NCBI GenBank assembly: GCA_038243055.1
Contig: JBBSRM010000002.1
Coordinates: 3,380 to 67,379, forward strand
Length of the DNA stretch: 64,000 nucleotides
Reading direction: 5' to 3'
Source: Actinomycetales bacterium
Lineage (GTDB): Bacteria > Actinomycetota > Actinomycetes > Actinomycetales > Micrococcaceae
Shown: one piece after another, positions 28,681-38,670 of the stretch
Layout: every line of letters starts with the position of its first letter
How positions within the stretch are numbered: position 1 is the stretch's first letter
Notes under the pieces: model-generated
The model's input: only the letters and a program-made list of their open reading frames with translations
Told to the model about the DNA's origin: nothing
Databases searched by the model: none
Program-made: the position numbers and the translations under genes

Positions 28681-29949
28681 ATCACCCCGGCGCCCCTCCC
28701 CGGCGAGGGGACCCCTCTGCGCAGGCTGATCTTCCGCATCTACGCACCGTCACTGCTCTATGCGGTGGGCCAGGGCAGCATCCTGCCGGTCATTGCGCTG
28801 AGCGCCCGTGGCCTTGGCTCAACGATCGCCGAAGCAGCATTGGTCATCACGCTCATCGGCGTCGGCTCGTTGATCACCAACCTCCCCGCGTCCCTGTTCA
28901 TCGCCCGGCTCGGCGAGCGCACCGCCATGATTGGTGCAGCGCTCTGGGCCAGCGCCGGCATGGCCGCCTGCCTGAGCGCCGGAAACCTGCCGCTCTATGC
29001 TGCCGGTGTGCTGATGATCGGCATGGCCGGCTCCGTCTTCAACCTCGCCCGGCAGAGCTACCTGACGGATGCCGTGCCGATCACCTACCGGGCCAGGGCC
29101 ATGTCGGGACTGGGCGGAACCCTCCGCATCGGACTGTTCATCGGCCCGTTCGTCGGGGCAGCCGCCATGCATTTCCTCGACTTGCAGGGGGCCTACTGGG
29201 CCGGACTGGTAGCCATGGTTGCCGCCGCCGGTGTCTGCATCGGCATCCCCGAACTCCAGACCCCCGCCGGGACGGGGTCAGAGGAAACCACCGATACCGG
29301 TGCCGTCTCGGCGCCGCAGACCGCGACGGTCACCCTGGGGGCGATCCTGGCCGCGCACTGGCGCACCTATGCCACGATCGGCACGGCCATCGTAGTGATC
29401 TCCGCCGTGCGGGCCACCCGCCAGGCAGTCATTCCGCTCTGGGCCGAGCACCTGGGCATGGACGCCTCCGCCATCTCGCTGGTTTATGGCATCTCCGGTG
29501 CGGTGGACATGCTGGTGTTCTACCCGGCCGGCGCGATGATGGACCGGCGCGGTCGGACGTGGATCGCGGTGCCGTGCATGGTGGTCATGGGTGTTGCCCT
29601 GGCCCTGATGCCATTCACCAACCAGCCAGGGACCCTGCTGCTGGTGGCCATGCTGTTGGGGCTGGGCAACGGCATCGGTTCGGGCCTGGTCATGACCTTG
29701 GGCGCCGATCATTCGCCGTCGGTGGGCAGGCCGCAGTTCCTGGGCTTCTGGCGGCTCATCGCCGATGTGGGCGTGATGTCAGGGCCCGTCCTCTTGTCGG
29801 CGGTGACCGCCGTGGTTAGCCTGGGGGCCGGAGTCCTCGCCATCGCGGTGCTTTCCTTCGCCGGGGGTGGGCTCTTCGCCTGGTTCATCCCGCGCCAAGC
29901 ACCACCGGGAAGCCTCGATGCCCGCAGGGCGCGCACACCCGGACGGTAG
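28681..29949 (+). CDS. MFS transporter (start uncertain, probably non-canonical)
   Basis: About 12 TM helices, ARLGER and DRRGR loop motifs; the reading frame extends upstream of GTG 28765 through TM1 to a TGA at 28645. Confidence 0.85.
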   Translation: MTPAPLPGEGTPLRRLIFRIYAPSLLYAVGQGSILPVIALSARGLGSTIAEAALVITLIGVGSLITNLPASLFIARLGERTAMIGAALWASAGMAACLSAGNLPLYAAGVLMIGMAGSVFNLARQSYLTDAVPITYRARAMSGLGGTLRIGLFIGPFVGAAAMHFLDLQGAYWAGLVAMVAAAGVCIGIPELQTPAGTGSEETTDTGAVSAPQTATVTLGAILAAHWRTYATIGTAIVVISAVRATRQAVIPLWAEHLGMDASAISLVYGISGAVDMLVFYPAGAMMDRRGRTWIAVPCMVVMGVALALMPFTNQPGTLLLVAMLLGLGNGIGSGLVMTLGADHSPSVGRPQFLGFWRLIADVGVMSGPVLLSAVTAVVSLGAGVLAIAVLSFAGGGLFAWFIPRQAPPGSLDARRARTPGR

Positions 29950-29958
29950 CAACCCGGA

Positions 29959-30879
29959 TCAGGACAGGGGCGCCCGCCCCCGGGTCTGATGGGAAAAGAC
30001 CCCACATAACAACCCGAACAGGCAGCCCGAGGCACCGATGATGAGCAGTGCCCCGGCGACGAGGAACCAACTGCGTGCCGAGGTCCCCGCCGTCGGGCCC
30101 AAATGCGTGACGAACAGATACACCGCAGCCGAACCAATGAACCCCAGGATCCCCGGGAACCACAACAGCGTGGGCCAGATGCCGGAGGACGACCAGGAGG
30201 AATCCGGTCCCCTCCACCGGTTCCAGCCGGGCTGCTTGCGCAGGATGATCAGCCCGGCCAGCAACCCCCAGAACCCGGCGACCAGATAGGCGGCGACCAC
30301 ATCGGAAGGCCGATGCCAGCCCAGCGCGAACGTGGAGATGCCGGTCACCGCCGCATAGAGCCCGCCGCAGGTCGCGATCAGCGGTCGCCAACGCGGGGAC
30401 GTGACCAGGAAGACGGCGATCAGCGCGGATGTGGCCACCGTGGTGTGTCCGGAGGGGAAGGAATTGCCGGTGGCTTCCGAAATGCCCAGGTTCGGACGCA
30501 CCAGCACGAGGTGCTTGAGTAGCTGGGTGCTGCCGATGGCCGCACCGAAGGCCAGAGCGGCCACGATCGGCGCCTGCAGGTCGCGCCGGAGGATCGCTGC
30601 AGCCAGCAACGCCACCAACGCCACGATGCCGGAGATCAGGGGCAGTTGGTTCAAGAACGAGAGTGCCGCGGCCCGGGCCGTATCGCTATCGAGGAAGGCC
30701 GTCGCCCCCCGCAGGGCATCCTCGTCGGCCTGCTGTCCCGTGGCGGTGAGGACGAACGCCCAGTAGGCCACGCCGAACAGCCCGACGACCAACAGCATCG
30801 CCAGAATCCACAACCCCGGATTGCGGGCTGCGCGGTGGGGCGGTCCGCCCGGAACGGGGATTTCCCTGGTGTCGTTCAT
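29959..30879 (-). CDS. PAP2-family phosphatase (membrane)
   Basis: K……RP, NSFPSGH, GWHRPSDV motifs. Confidence 0.88.
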   Translation of the reverse strand: MNDTREIPVPGGPPHRAARNPGLWILAMLLVVGLFGVAYWAFVLTATGQQADEDALRGATAFLDSDTARAAALSFLNQLPLISGIVALVALLAAAILRRDLQAPIVAALAFGAAIGSTQLLKHLVLVRPNLGISEATGNSFPSGHTTVATSALIAVFLVTSPRWRPLIATCGGLYAAVTGISTFALGWHRPSDVVAAYLVAGFWGLLAGLIILRKQPGWNRWRGPDSSWSSSGIWPTLLWFPGILGFIGSAAVYLFVTHLGPTAGTSARSWFLVAGALLIIGASGCLFGLLCGVFSHQTRGRAPLS

Positions 30880-30943
30880 GTTGCTCCTAGCATCCCATGA
30901 GCGGGGCGGGTTCGAGCGGACCCGCCGCCGATACGATGGTGTG

Positions 30944-32011
30944 ATGGCTAATCCGGACAACGCACTACCCGCTTCCGAGGTTCCCGTGCAGGCACCCGGC
31001 GACAGGAACGCCACCTGGGACCCGCCCTCGCTCGAGGAAATGATTGCCTCGGCCCATATCGTGTCGCTGCCGTTGCGGGTGCGCTTTCGTGGGGTGGACC
31101 ACCGCGAGGTCATGCTCCTGGACGGGCCAGCGGGGTGGGCGGAATTCTCCCCGTTCCTCGAATACGACGACGCAGAGGCAGCACCCTGGTTGCGCTGCGC
31201 CCTCGAAGCCGGGTGGCAGGGATTTCCCACGCCGGTACGGACCAGCATCCCGGTCAACGCGACCGTCCCCGCCGTCCCGGCCTCCGGCGTCGAAGCGGTG
31301 CTTGCCTCCTTCGACGCCACCCACACGGTCAAGATCAAGGTCGCCGAAAGAGGTCAGGACCTGCACGACGACGTGGCCCGGGTCGCCGAGGTCCGTCGTC
31401 TGCTGCCCGGGGCGGCCCTGCGGGTCGATGCCAATGCGGGATGGACCCACGAACAAGCCCTGGAAGGCCTCGAGGCGCTCGCCGATTTCGACCTGCAATA
31501 CGCGGAACAGCCAGTCGCCGGCATCGACGGGCTGCGTCGCCTGCGCCTGGAGGTCCTCCGCCGGGGTCTGGGGGTGAGGATCGCCGCGGATGAATCGGTG
31601 CGCAAGGAATCGGACCCGCTGGCGGTGGCCCGGGCGGGTGCCGCCGACCTGATCATCGTCAAGGCCCAGCCCTTGGGCGGGGTCCGTGCCGCCCTGCGGA
31701 TCGTGGCGGAAGCCGGGCTTCCCGCCGTCGTCTCCTCGGCTTTGGATTCCTCCATCGGGATCCGCACCGGGGTGGCCCTGGCAGCAGCATTGCCCGAGCT
31801 GCCCCATGCCTGCGGACTCGGGACGGTGTCGTTGTTTGCCGATGATGTCTGCGCCGACCGGTATGAAGCCCACGACGGCTCACTCCAGGTCCGCGACGTG
31901 GTGGCCGATCCGGATCTGCTGCGCCGGCATGCCGCGGCCCCGGAACGGCAACGCTGGTGGATGGAACGCCTGCGGCGCTGTGCCGGGCTCTTGGAGCCCC
32001 GCCAGCCATAG
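30944..32011 (+). CDS. menC: o-succinylbenzoate synthase
   Basis: GWAEFSPF, PVNATVP, KIKV, RVDAN, EQP, AADES, VVSSALD. Confidence 0.93.
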   Translation: MANPDNALPASEVPVQAPGDRNATWDPPSLEEMIASAHIVSLPLRVRFRGVDHREVMLLDGPAGWAEFSPFLEYDDAEAAPWLRCALEAGWQGFPTPVRTSIPVNATVPAVPASGVEAVLASFDATHTVKIKVAERGQDLHDDVARVAEVRRLLPGAALRVDANAGWTHEQALEGLEALADFDLQYAEQPVAGIDGLRRLRLEVLRRGLGVRIAADESVRKESDPLAVARAGAADLIIVKAQPLGGVRAALRIVAEAGLPAVVSSALDSSIGIRTGVALAAALPELPHACGLGTVSLFADDVCADRYEAHDGSLQVRDVVADPDLLRRHAAAPERQRWWMERLRRCAGLLEPRQP

Positions 32012-32020
32012 GATGGGGAC

Positions 32021-33829
32021 ATGACGTTGTCGGAAAGCCTCCTGACCTCCATGGAAGCGGCACGGTTCGCCGTAGGGACCCTGACCGAGGACGGGGTCCG
32101 TGAAGTCGTCCTCTGTCCCGGCTCCCGCAGTGCCCCGCTGGCCTATGCGCTGGCCGAGGCCGAAACCCGGGGGAAGGTCCGCGTCCATATCCGCATCGAC
32201 GAACGCGACGCCGGCTTCACCGCCCTGGGGCTGTCGCTGGCCACGAGCCGCCCGGTGGCCATCGTCACCACCTCCGGCACCGCAGTGGGAGAGTTGCTGC
32301 CTGCCGTGATGGAAGCCAACCACGCAGCCGTGCCGTTGGTGGTCGTTTCGGCTGACCGTCCGGAGGAGCTGCGTGGGACCGGGGCCAACCAGACCACCGA
32401 CCAGGCAGGCCTGTTCGGGGTGCATGTGCGCTACTGCGTGGACATCCCCGCAGGTCAGGATCCGGTGCCGGAGGTCAGACGTGCCCTGCTGGCCGGAGAG
32501 GGCCTAGCCCTCGCTGGTTCCAAAAACGGTGTGCACGCAGTGGACGTCAGTACCCCCACGCCGGCTGCGAGGTTGCTGCGCCCCGCCGTCCAGCTCTCGG
32601 CCCGTGGCCCGATCCACATCAACCTCGCCTTCCGGGACCCGCTGATTCCGGACATGGAGGAGAACCGTGAAGAACGGATGGATGCCCCCGGGCACGGTGC
32701 AGTACCGGAGCAGGACATCGCGGGTGCCGAGACCCTGCCATCCGGCGAAGTGCTGGAACAGTTGCGGGAGGTGGAGCTGGAGAGTCGACGCACGGTGGTC
32801 ATCGCCGGACACGAAGCCACAGCGGTCGCCGAACGCTTCGCCCGGATGCTGGGCCTGCCGCTCTTGGCCGAGCCGAGTTCCAACGCCCGGTTCGGCCCCA
32901 ACGCGATCGGCCCTTATCGGGTACTGATCCCGGAGTTCGAGGCCCGGATCGAACGGGTCGTGGTCTTCGGCAGGCCGACGTTGAACCGCCAGGTGGGACG
33001 GCTGCTGGCCCATCGTGAGCTGCCGCCGGCGCTCTACGTCCCCGAACCGGTGGCCTGGTTCGACGCCGGACACCGCGGAGACCGGGTCATCACCGAATTG
33101 ACCGAACTGGCGGGCTTCGCGGGTCGGGGACCGGCGCCCTGGCTCGACGAATGGACCGCGGCGGCTCAACGGGCCACCGGCATCATCGAGGAGGCGACGT
33201 CCACGACGGCGCTGACCGGATTGGAGCTGGCGAACATGGTCTGGAGCGCCGACGCCGGTCCGCTGGTCCTGGGCTCCTCCAATGCGATCCGCGATGTCGA
33301 CCTCGCCGCCACGCCAGGGAGTACGGGGCGGGCCGTCTACGCCAACCGCGGGCTCGCAGGAATCGACGGGACCCTGGCCACCGCCACGGGCATCGCCCTG
33401 GGCACACCGGAAGGCACCGGGGAGCGCACCACGGTCCTGCTGGGGGATGTGACCTTCCTGCATGACGTCGGAGGGTTGTTCGTCGGCGCCGGGGAAACGG
33501 TGCCGGTCATGGACCTGGTGGTCCTCAATGATGGCGGTGGTGCGATCTTCTCCACGCTCGAACATGGTGCCCTGGCCGAGCAGCCGGCTTATGCGCGAAC
33601 CGTGGAACGCTATTTCGGCACACCACACAGCGTGGACCTGCGCGCCCTGGCCGCCGCCTATGGGTTGGACTACGTCCGCGTCGAGGACCGCCGGGCCCTG
33701 GAAGCCGTCCTGGCTGCCGGACCGACGACTGGTTCGGAAACGCGCCGTCGCATCGTTGACGTGCGGATGGACCGCGCCGGGGTGCGCGGACTGCACCAGG
33801 GCATCATGGCCTCGGTCGCCGGAAGCTGA
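32021..33829 (+). CDS. menD: SEPHCHC synthase
   Basis: CPGSRSAPL, DERDAGF, TSGTA, ADRP, GANQT, NRGLAGIDG, GD…HD, NDGGGAIF. Confidence 0.95.
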   Translation: MTLSESLLTSMEAARFAVGTLTEDGVREVVLCPGSRSAPLAYALAEAETRGKVRVHIRIDERDAGFTALGLSLATSRPVAIVTTSGTAVGELLPAVMEANHAAVPLVVVSADRPEELRGTGANQTTDQAGLFGVHVRYCVDIPAGQDPVPEVRRALLAGEGLALAGSKNGVHAVDVSTPTPAARLLRPAVQLSARGPIHINLAFRDPLIPDMEENREERMDAPGHGAVPEQDIAGAETLPSGEVLEQLREVELESRRTVVIAGHEATAVAERFARMLGLPLLAEPSSNARFGPNAIGPYRVLIPEFEARIERVVVFGRPTLNRQVGRLLAHRELPPALYVPEPVAWFDAGHRGDRVITELTELAGFAGRGPAPWLDEWTAAAQRATGIIEEATSTTALTGLELANMVWSADAGPLVLGSSNAIRDVDLAATPGSTGRAVYANRGLAGIDGTLATATGIALGTPEGTGERTTVLLGDVTFLHDVGGLFVGAGETVPVMDLVVLNDGGGAIFSTLEHGALAEQPAYARTVERYFGTPHSVDLRALAAAYGLDYVRVEDRRALEAVLAAGPTTGSETRRRIVDVRMDRAGVRGLHQGIMASVAGS

Positions 33830-33916
33830 GGCCGGCAGGTCCGCAGAGTCCTCTCGGGAAGCGGGAAGCGTGGCCCCCGCCGAAGCAGGGGCCACGCCGT
33901 CGTACCGTTTATGGGG

Positions 33917-34672
33917 TCAGAGGACCTTGGAGAGGAACCCCCGAGTGCGTTCGTGCTGAGGGTTGCCCAGCACGTCTTCGGGCCTGCCCTGTTCGACGAC
34001 GACTCCGCCGTCCATGAACACCACACGGTCGCCGACTTCGCGGGCGAACCCCATCTCGTGGGTCACCACCATCATGGTCATGCCCTCGTCGACCAGTCGT
34101 CGCATGACGGCCAGCACGTCGCCCACCAACTCGGGGTCCAGCGCCGAGGTCGGCTCGTCGAAGAGCATCATATCCGGGTCCATCGACAGGGCGCGGGCGA
34201 TCGCCACGCGCTGCTGTTGGCCACCCGAGAGCTGGTTGGGGAAGGCATCGGCGCGATCGGCCAGACCGACCTTCTCCAGGTTCACGCGGGCGATCCGGCG
34301 GGCTTCGGTCTTGCCGCGCTTCTTGGCGCGGCGCTGGGCCAGGACCAGGTTGTCCAACACGTTCAGGTGGGGGAAGAGGTTGAACTGCTGGAAGACCATC
34401 CCGATCCGGGTACGGATCTTGTTCAGGTCCGTCTCCGGATCGGTGATGTCGATCCCCTCGACCAGGATGGTTCCCGAGGTGGGTTCCTCGAGCCGGTTCA
34501 CGCAGCGCAGTAGCGTCGACTTGCCCGAGCCGGAGGGCCCGATCACGCAAACCACCTCGCCCTGGCCGACGTGGAAGTCGATGCCGGTGAGGACCTCGTT
34601 GTCGCCGAAGCTCTTATGCAGGCCGCGGACCTCGATGGCCGGATGGGCCGGCGCGGATTCCTGTGCGTTCAT
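33917..34672 (-). CDS. Amino-acid ABC transporter ATP-binding protein
   Basis: [28 protein letters not shown]. Confidence 0.92.
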   Translation of the reverse strand: MNAQESAPAHPAIEVRGLHKSFGDNEVLTGIDFHVGQGEVVCVIGPSGSGKSTLLRCVNRLEEPTSGTILVEGIDITDPETDLNKIRTRIGMVFQQFNLFPHLNVLDNLVLAQRRAKKRGKTEARRIARVNLEKVGLADRADAFPNQLSGGQQQRVAIARALSMDPDMMLFDEPTSALDPELVGDVLAVMRRLVDEGMTMMVVTHEMGFAREVGDRVVFMDGGVVVEQGRPEDVLGNPQHERTRGFLSKVL

Positions 34673-34677
34673 GGGCC

Positions 34678-35463
34678 TTACCGTCCTCTGTTTTGGTGGC
34701 GTTCGAGCTTGGCCACGAGCTGGGTCAGTGGCAGCGTGATGACCAGGTACATCAGTCCCGCCATGATCAGCGGGGTGGAGTTGCCGTACTCCGACAGCGC
34801 ATCGCGGGCAAAGGTCGTCAGCTCCCGGTCGGCCAGTGCCATGCCGGCGATGAACAGCAGTGAGGTGTCCTTGATGATGATGACCAGTTCGTTGGTCAGC
34901 GGCGGGGTGATGATGCGGAAGGCCTGCGGCAGCACCACGGAGACCATGGTCCAGCCCGGCGCCATGCCCAGAGAACTGGCCGCCTCACGCTGCCCCGGAG
35001 GGACGGCCTGGATGCCAGCACGGATGGTCTCGGCAATGTAGGCGCCGGAGACCAGGATCAAGCCGATCAAACCCGCGCTGGCGCTGCCCCCTGGTGGGTT
35101 CCATGCAAAGGCCAAGGGGACGGCGTACGCCATGCCGAAGATGACCAGCAGGGCCGGCAGCCCGCGGAAGAGTTCGATGTAGCCGGTGGCGATCCATCGG
35201 TAGGGGCCAACCGGAGCGAGCTTCATCAGGGCGAGCAGCAGGCCCAGGAACAGGCCACCAACGAAGGCAACGGCCGTGTAGACCACGGTGTTCTTCGCCG
35301 CCACGATGATGATCTCCGGGAAGAGCTGCTTGGCGATCTCGACGTCGAGGAAGTTGTACTTGATTTCCTTCCAGTCCGCGATGAACAGCAGGGACACCAC
35401 GACGAGCAGCAGGACGATGTAGAGGCTGCCACGGAAGAGGCGCCTGCGGGTGGAGGGTTTCAA
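34678..35463 (-). CDS. Amino-acid ABC transporter permease
   Basis: [30 protein letters not shown]; TTG start 35463. Confidence 0.9.
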   Translation of the reverse strand: MKPSTRRRLFRGSLYIVLLLVVVSLLFIADWKEIKYNFLDVEIAKQLFPEIIIVAAKNTVVYTAVAFVGGLFLGLLLALMKLAPVGPYRWIATGYIELFRGLPALLVIFGMAYAVPLAFAWNPPGGSASAGLIGLILVSGAYIAETIRAGIQAVPPGQREAASSLGMAPGWTMVSVVLPQAFRIITPPLTNELVIIIKDTSLLFIAGMALADRELTTFARDALSEYGNSTPLIMAGLMYLVITLPLTQLVAKLERHQNRGR

Positions 35464-35489
35464 CGGTGTTGCCTTCCGACTGGTGTCAG

Positions 35490-35525
35490 GGGTTCGCCCC
35501 GGGGAAGGATCCCCGGGGCGAACCC
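35490..35525 (-). terminator. 16-bp stem-loop between SBP and permease genes
   Basis: GGGTTCGCCCCGGGGA-AGGA-TCCCCGGGGCGAACCC. Confidence 0.6.
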
Positions 35526-35541
35526 GCATGGGCTACTACTA

Positions 35542-36354
35542 CTACTTCGTGGAGAAGTACTTGTCGTAGAGCTCGTCGTACTTGCCGTTGTCCCTGAGCT
35601 CGGCGAGCTTGGCGTCGAGTTCCTTGAGCAGGGCCTCGCCGCCGTCCTTCTTCACCGCGAAGCCGTACTGCTCATCCGTCTTGAACTTGGCGACGATCTC
35701 GAACTTACCGCCCTGGGTGTGCTCGAGGTTGACCGGGAGGTCCTGCAGCACTGCGGCGACACCCTTGGACTGCAACGCCGGGAAGATCTCGGCATCCGAG
35801 GGGTAGGCCTTGATCTTCGCATCCTTGGGTGCGTTCTCGCGGGTGTACTTCTCGCCCGTGGTGCCCTGCTGGACACCCACCGTTTTGCCGGCCAGGTCAT
35901 CGATGGACTTGATGTCCGAACCCTTGGGCACCAACAGCGACTGCTCGGAGTCGTAGTAGCCATCGGTGAACGCGAGCTTCTTCTCTCGCTCCGGGGTGAT
36001 GGTCATGGCGCTGGCTCCCATATCGCACTTTCCCGAAGCGAGGACGACGCCGGACTGCAAGCCGTCGAAGCCCACGTCCTTGACCTCGAGCTTCAGGTCC
36101 ATGGCCTTGGCGATCTCGCCCACCATGTCCATGTCGAAGCCGGTGTATTCCCCGTTTTCCTCATACTCGAAGGGCTTATAGGGGATGTCCGAGCAGACCG
36201 TCAGAGTGCCCGCGTTCACGAGCCCCAGATCATCGCCGCCGGCCGAGGAGGAGGATTTTTCGCTCCCGCCGTCCGAGCCGCCGCAAGCCGTCAATGACAT
36301 CAAGGCAACGGCCGAAACGGCCAGTGCTTTAGTGAAGCTGGAGTGAATCCGCAT
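35542..36354 (-). CDS. Amino-acid ABC substrate-binding lipoprotein
   Basis: Lipobox LTAC, YKPFEY, GFDMD, ITPERE. Confidence 0.9.
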   Translation of the reverse strand: MRIHSSFTKALAVSAVALMSLTACGGSDGGSEKSSSSAGGDDLGLVNAGTLTVCSDIPYKPFEYEENGEYTGFDMDMVGEIAKAMDLKLEVKDVGFDGLQSGVVLASGKCDMGASAMTITPEREKKLAFTDGYYDSEQSLLVPKGSDIKSIDDLAGKTVGVQQGTTGEKYTRENAPKDAKIKAYPSDAEIFPALQSKGVAAVLQDLPVNLEHTQGGKFEIVAKFKTDEQYGFAVKKDGGEALLKELDAKLAELRDNGKYDELYDKYFSTK

Positions 36355-36493
36355 GTATATGTCCTTCTCGAGTGAACCGACGGACATCCTCGCCGGGATG
36401 GCCAGTGTAGCCCGGGAACGGGCTGAATGAGATGTTCATCACAAGCTACAGTGGTAGCGCACCGGTAAACAAGTTGTTTAGGTGACAAAAAGA

Positions 36494-37849
36494 TTACAAA
36501 TTAAGCGCTTCACGCATTGGGCGCATTTTCGCCCAGGATTCGGCCAGCTCGGCCGCCGGATCGGAGGCCGCCACGATGCCGCAGCCGGCATAGAGGCGCA
36601 CGGTCGTCGGGGACTCGATGACCCCGCCGCGCAAGGCGATCCCGAATTCCCCATTGCCGGCGGCATCGACCCATCCGACCGGTCCGGCATAGGGGCCGCG
36701 GTCCATGTTCTCCAGCCGGAGAATGAGATCATCCGCCGTGGCCGTCGGTGTGCCGCAGACCGCGGCGGTGGGGTGGAGGACCTCGGCCAGATCCAGCGCC
36801 GAAGGGCAGGTCCCGTCCTCGTGTACGCGCAGCTGGGCTTCGACGTCGGAGGCCAGATGCCAGACATTGGGCAGTTCGAGGACGAAGGGCTCCTCGGGGG
36901 CGACCATCCCGGTCACCAGCGGGCCGAGCTCCACCGTCAACGAATCAATGGCCAACCGATGTTCGTGGCGCTGTTTCTCGTTGCCCGAGAGCATCCGTTC
37001 GGCGTACCCGTCGTCGTCGGCAGGGGCCGTGGCCCGGTCCAGGGTTCCGGCGAGCACGCGGGCCCGCGCCGTGTTCCCGGAGACCTTGACCAGCATCTCG
37101 GGGGTCGAGCCGATGAGTCCGTCGACCGAATAGGTCCAGCAATCGGCATAGCGAAGGGCCAGCTCCCGCAGCACCTGGGAGACGGCCAGCGGAGAGCCCA
37201 GCTCGGCCACCGCATCGCGGGCGAGAACGAGCTTGGTCAGTTCCCCGGCAGCGATGGCCCGGACGCCGGCGCGCACCGACTCCTCATACTGGTCCTCCGA
37301 GACCCGGCCCGGTACCAGATGGTCCCCACCGGGGGAGAGGTCGCGTTCGGCGGAGGCCTCCTCGAGCAACCCGGCCAGCTCCGCCTCGGCCGCAGCAGCG
37401 CTGAGTTCGGCCTCGGGGTCGTCGGTGATCAGGGTCAACCAGCCGTTGTCGCCCGATCGTCCCACGAGCACGCGCGGGATGATCAGCCGTGAAGCATGGG
37501 TGCTGGTGCCGGAGAAGGCGATGGAAGAGAAGGCGACCGGCCCGGTTCCGGGCAGGTCGACGTCGTCCCGGACCGAGGCGGCGGCCGAGACGTCGGACCA
37601 CCATCGCCGGAGCCGGCGGAAGCGATCCGGCCCGTCGGCGATGAAGCGGACCGCCTCCCCGAAACCGACCAGGCCCTCGCCGCGCCGACCCCAGACGAGG
37701 GAGTCATCCCGAACGAGCAGGTCCAGCAGCGAGCTCTCCTGCCCCGGGGCGCGAGGGATGGTGATGCTGCGCAGCCAGGGCAAGGACGCGTCCTGTGCCT
37801 GCGCGCTACCGGTTTCCGGCGCGACGGAACCGGGAAGATCAATGTTCAT
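36494..37849 (-). CDS. menF: Isochorismate synthase
   Basis: KLVLAR, GSTPE, LAGT, K..EH, LHPTAAVCG.P, RGPYAGPVGW, YAGCGIV..S…E..ES.AK. Confidence 0.9.
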   Translation of the reverse strand: MNIDLPGSVAPETGSAQAQDASLPWLRSITIPRAPGQESSLLDLLVRDDSLVWGRRGEGLVGFGEAVRFIADGPDRFRRLRRWWSDVSAAASVRDDVDLPGTGPVAFSSIAFSGTSTHASRLIIPRVLVGRSGDNGWLTLITDDPEAELSAAAAEAELAGLLEEASAERDLSPGGDHLVPGRVSEDQYEESVRAGVRAIAAGELTKLVLARDAVAELGSPLAVSQVLRELALRYADCWTYSVDGLIGSTPEMLVKVSGNTARARVLAGTLDRATAPADDDGYAERMLSGNEKQRHEHRLAIDSLTVELGPLVTGMVAPEEPFVLELPNVWHLASDVEAQLRVHEDGTCPSALDLAEVLHPTAAVCGTPTATADDLILRLENMDRGPYAGPVGWVDAAGNGEFGIALRGGVIESPTTVRLYAGCGIVAASDPAAELAESWAKMRPMREALNL

Positions 37850-37919
37850 GATGGTTCCAGCCTACCCGTGGGCGCCGGGCCCTTTTCGCCCTGACGTCGA
37901 ATTTTGAGATACTTGGATC

Positions 37920-38645
37920 ATGAGCCGTGCATCGCTGGAAAAGCGTCCCGAAGAAGTCCAAGCCATGTTCGATGACGTTGCACCGCGTTATGACCTGGCC
38001 AATGACATTCTCTCGTTGGGACAGGCACGGCTGTGGCGCAAGATCGTCGTGGACGCCGTCGGCGCGGAGCCCGGTCAACGGGTGCTGGATCTGGCGGCCG
38101 GGACCGGCACGTCATCGGAACCCTACGCCGATGCGGGAATCGAGGTCGTGGCCTGCGACTTCTCACTGGGCATGCTCCAGGTCGGCAAACGTCGCCGCCC
38201 GGACATCGATTTCGTTGCCGGGGACGCGACGAACCTGCCGTTCGCCGATAACAGCTTCGACGCCGTGACCATCAGTTTCGGCCTGCGCAACGTCAGCGAA
38301 CCGAAGAAGGCCCTGGCAGAGATGCTGCGGGTGACCAAACCGGGCGGCCGCCTGGTGCTCTGCGAGTTCTCCCACCCCACCTTCGCGCCCTTCCGGACCA
38401 TCTACACCGAATACCTGATGCGCGCGCTGCCGGCCGTTGCCCGGAAGGTCACGTCCAACCCCGCCGCCTACGTGTACCTCGCCGAATCGATCCGTGTCTG
38501 GCCGAACCAGGAAGGCCTGGCCGGCTGGGTTGCCGAAACCGGGTGGGAAAACTGCAGGTACCGCAACCTCAGCGGCGGGATCGTCGCCGTGCACCGGGCC
38601 ACCAAGCCGGTGGACCCCCAGACCGTCGCACGTCCGCTCCGCTAG
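37920..38645 (+). CDS. menG: Demethylmenaquinone methyltransferase
   Basis: [32 protein letters not shown]. Confidence 0.95.
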   Translation: MSRASLEKRPEEVQAMFDDVAPRYDLANDILSLGQARLWRKIVVDAVGAEPGQRVLDLAAGTGTSSEPYADAGIEVVACDFSLGMLQVGKRRRPDIDFVAGDATNLPFADNSFDAVTISFGLRNVSEPKKALAEMLRVTKPGGRLVLCEFSHPTFAPFRTIYTEYLMRALPAVARKVTSNPAAYVYLAESIRVWPNQEGLAGWVAETGWENCRYRNLSGGIVAVHRATKPVDPQTVARPLR

Positions 38646-38670
38646 CCATCTTGTCGACAAAGGAACACCC

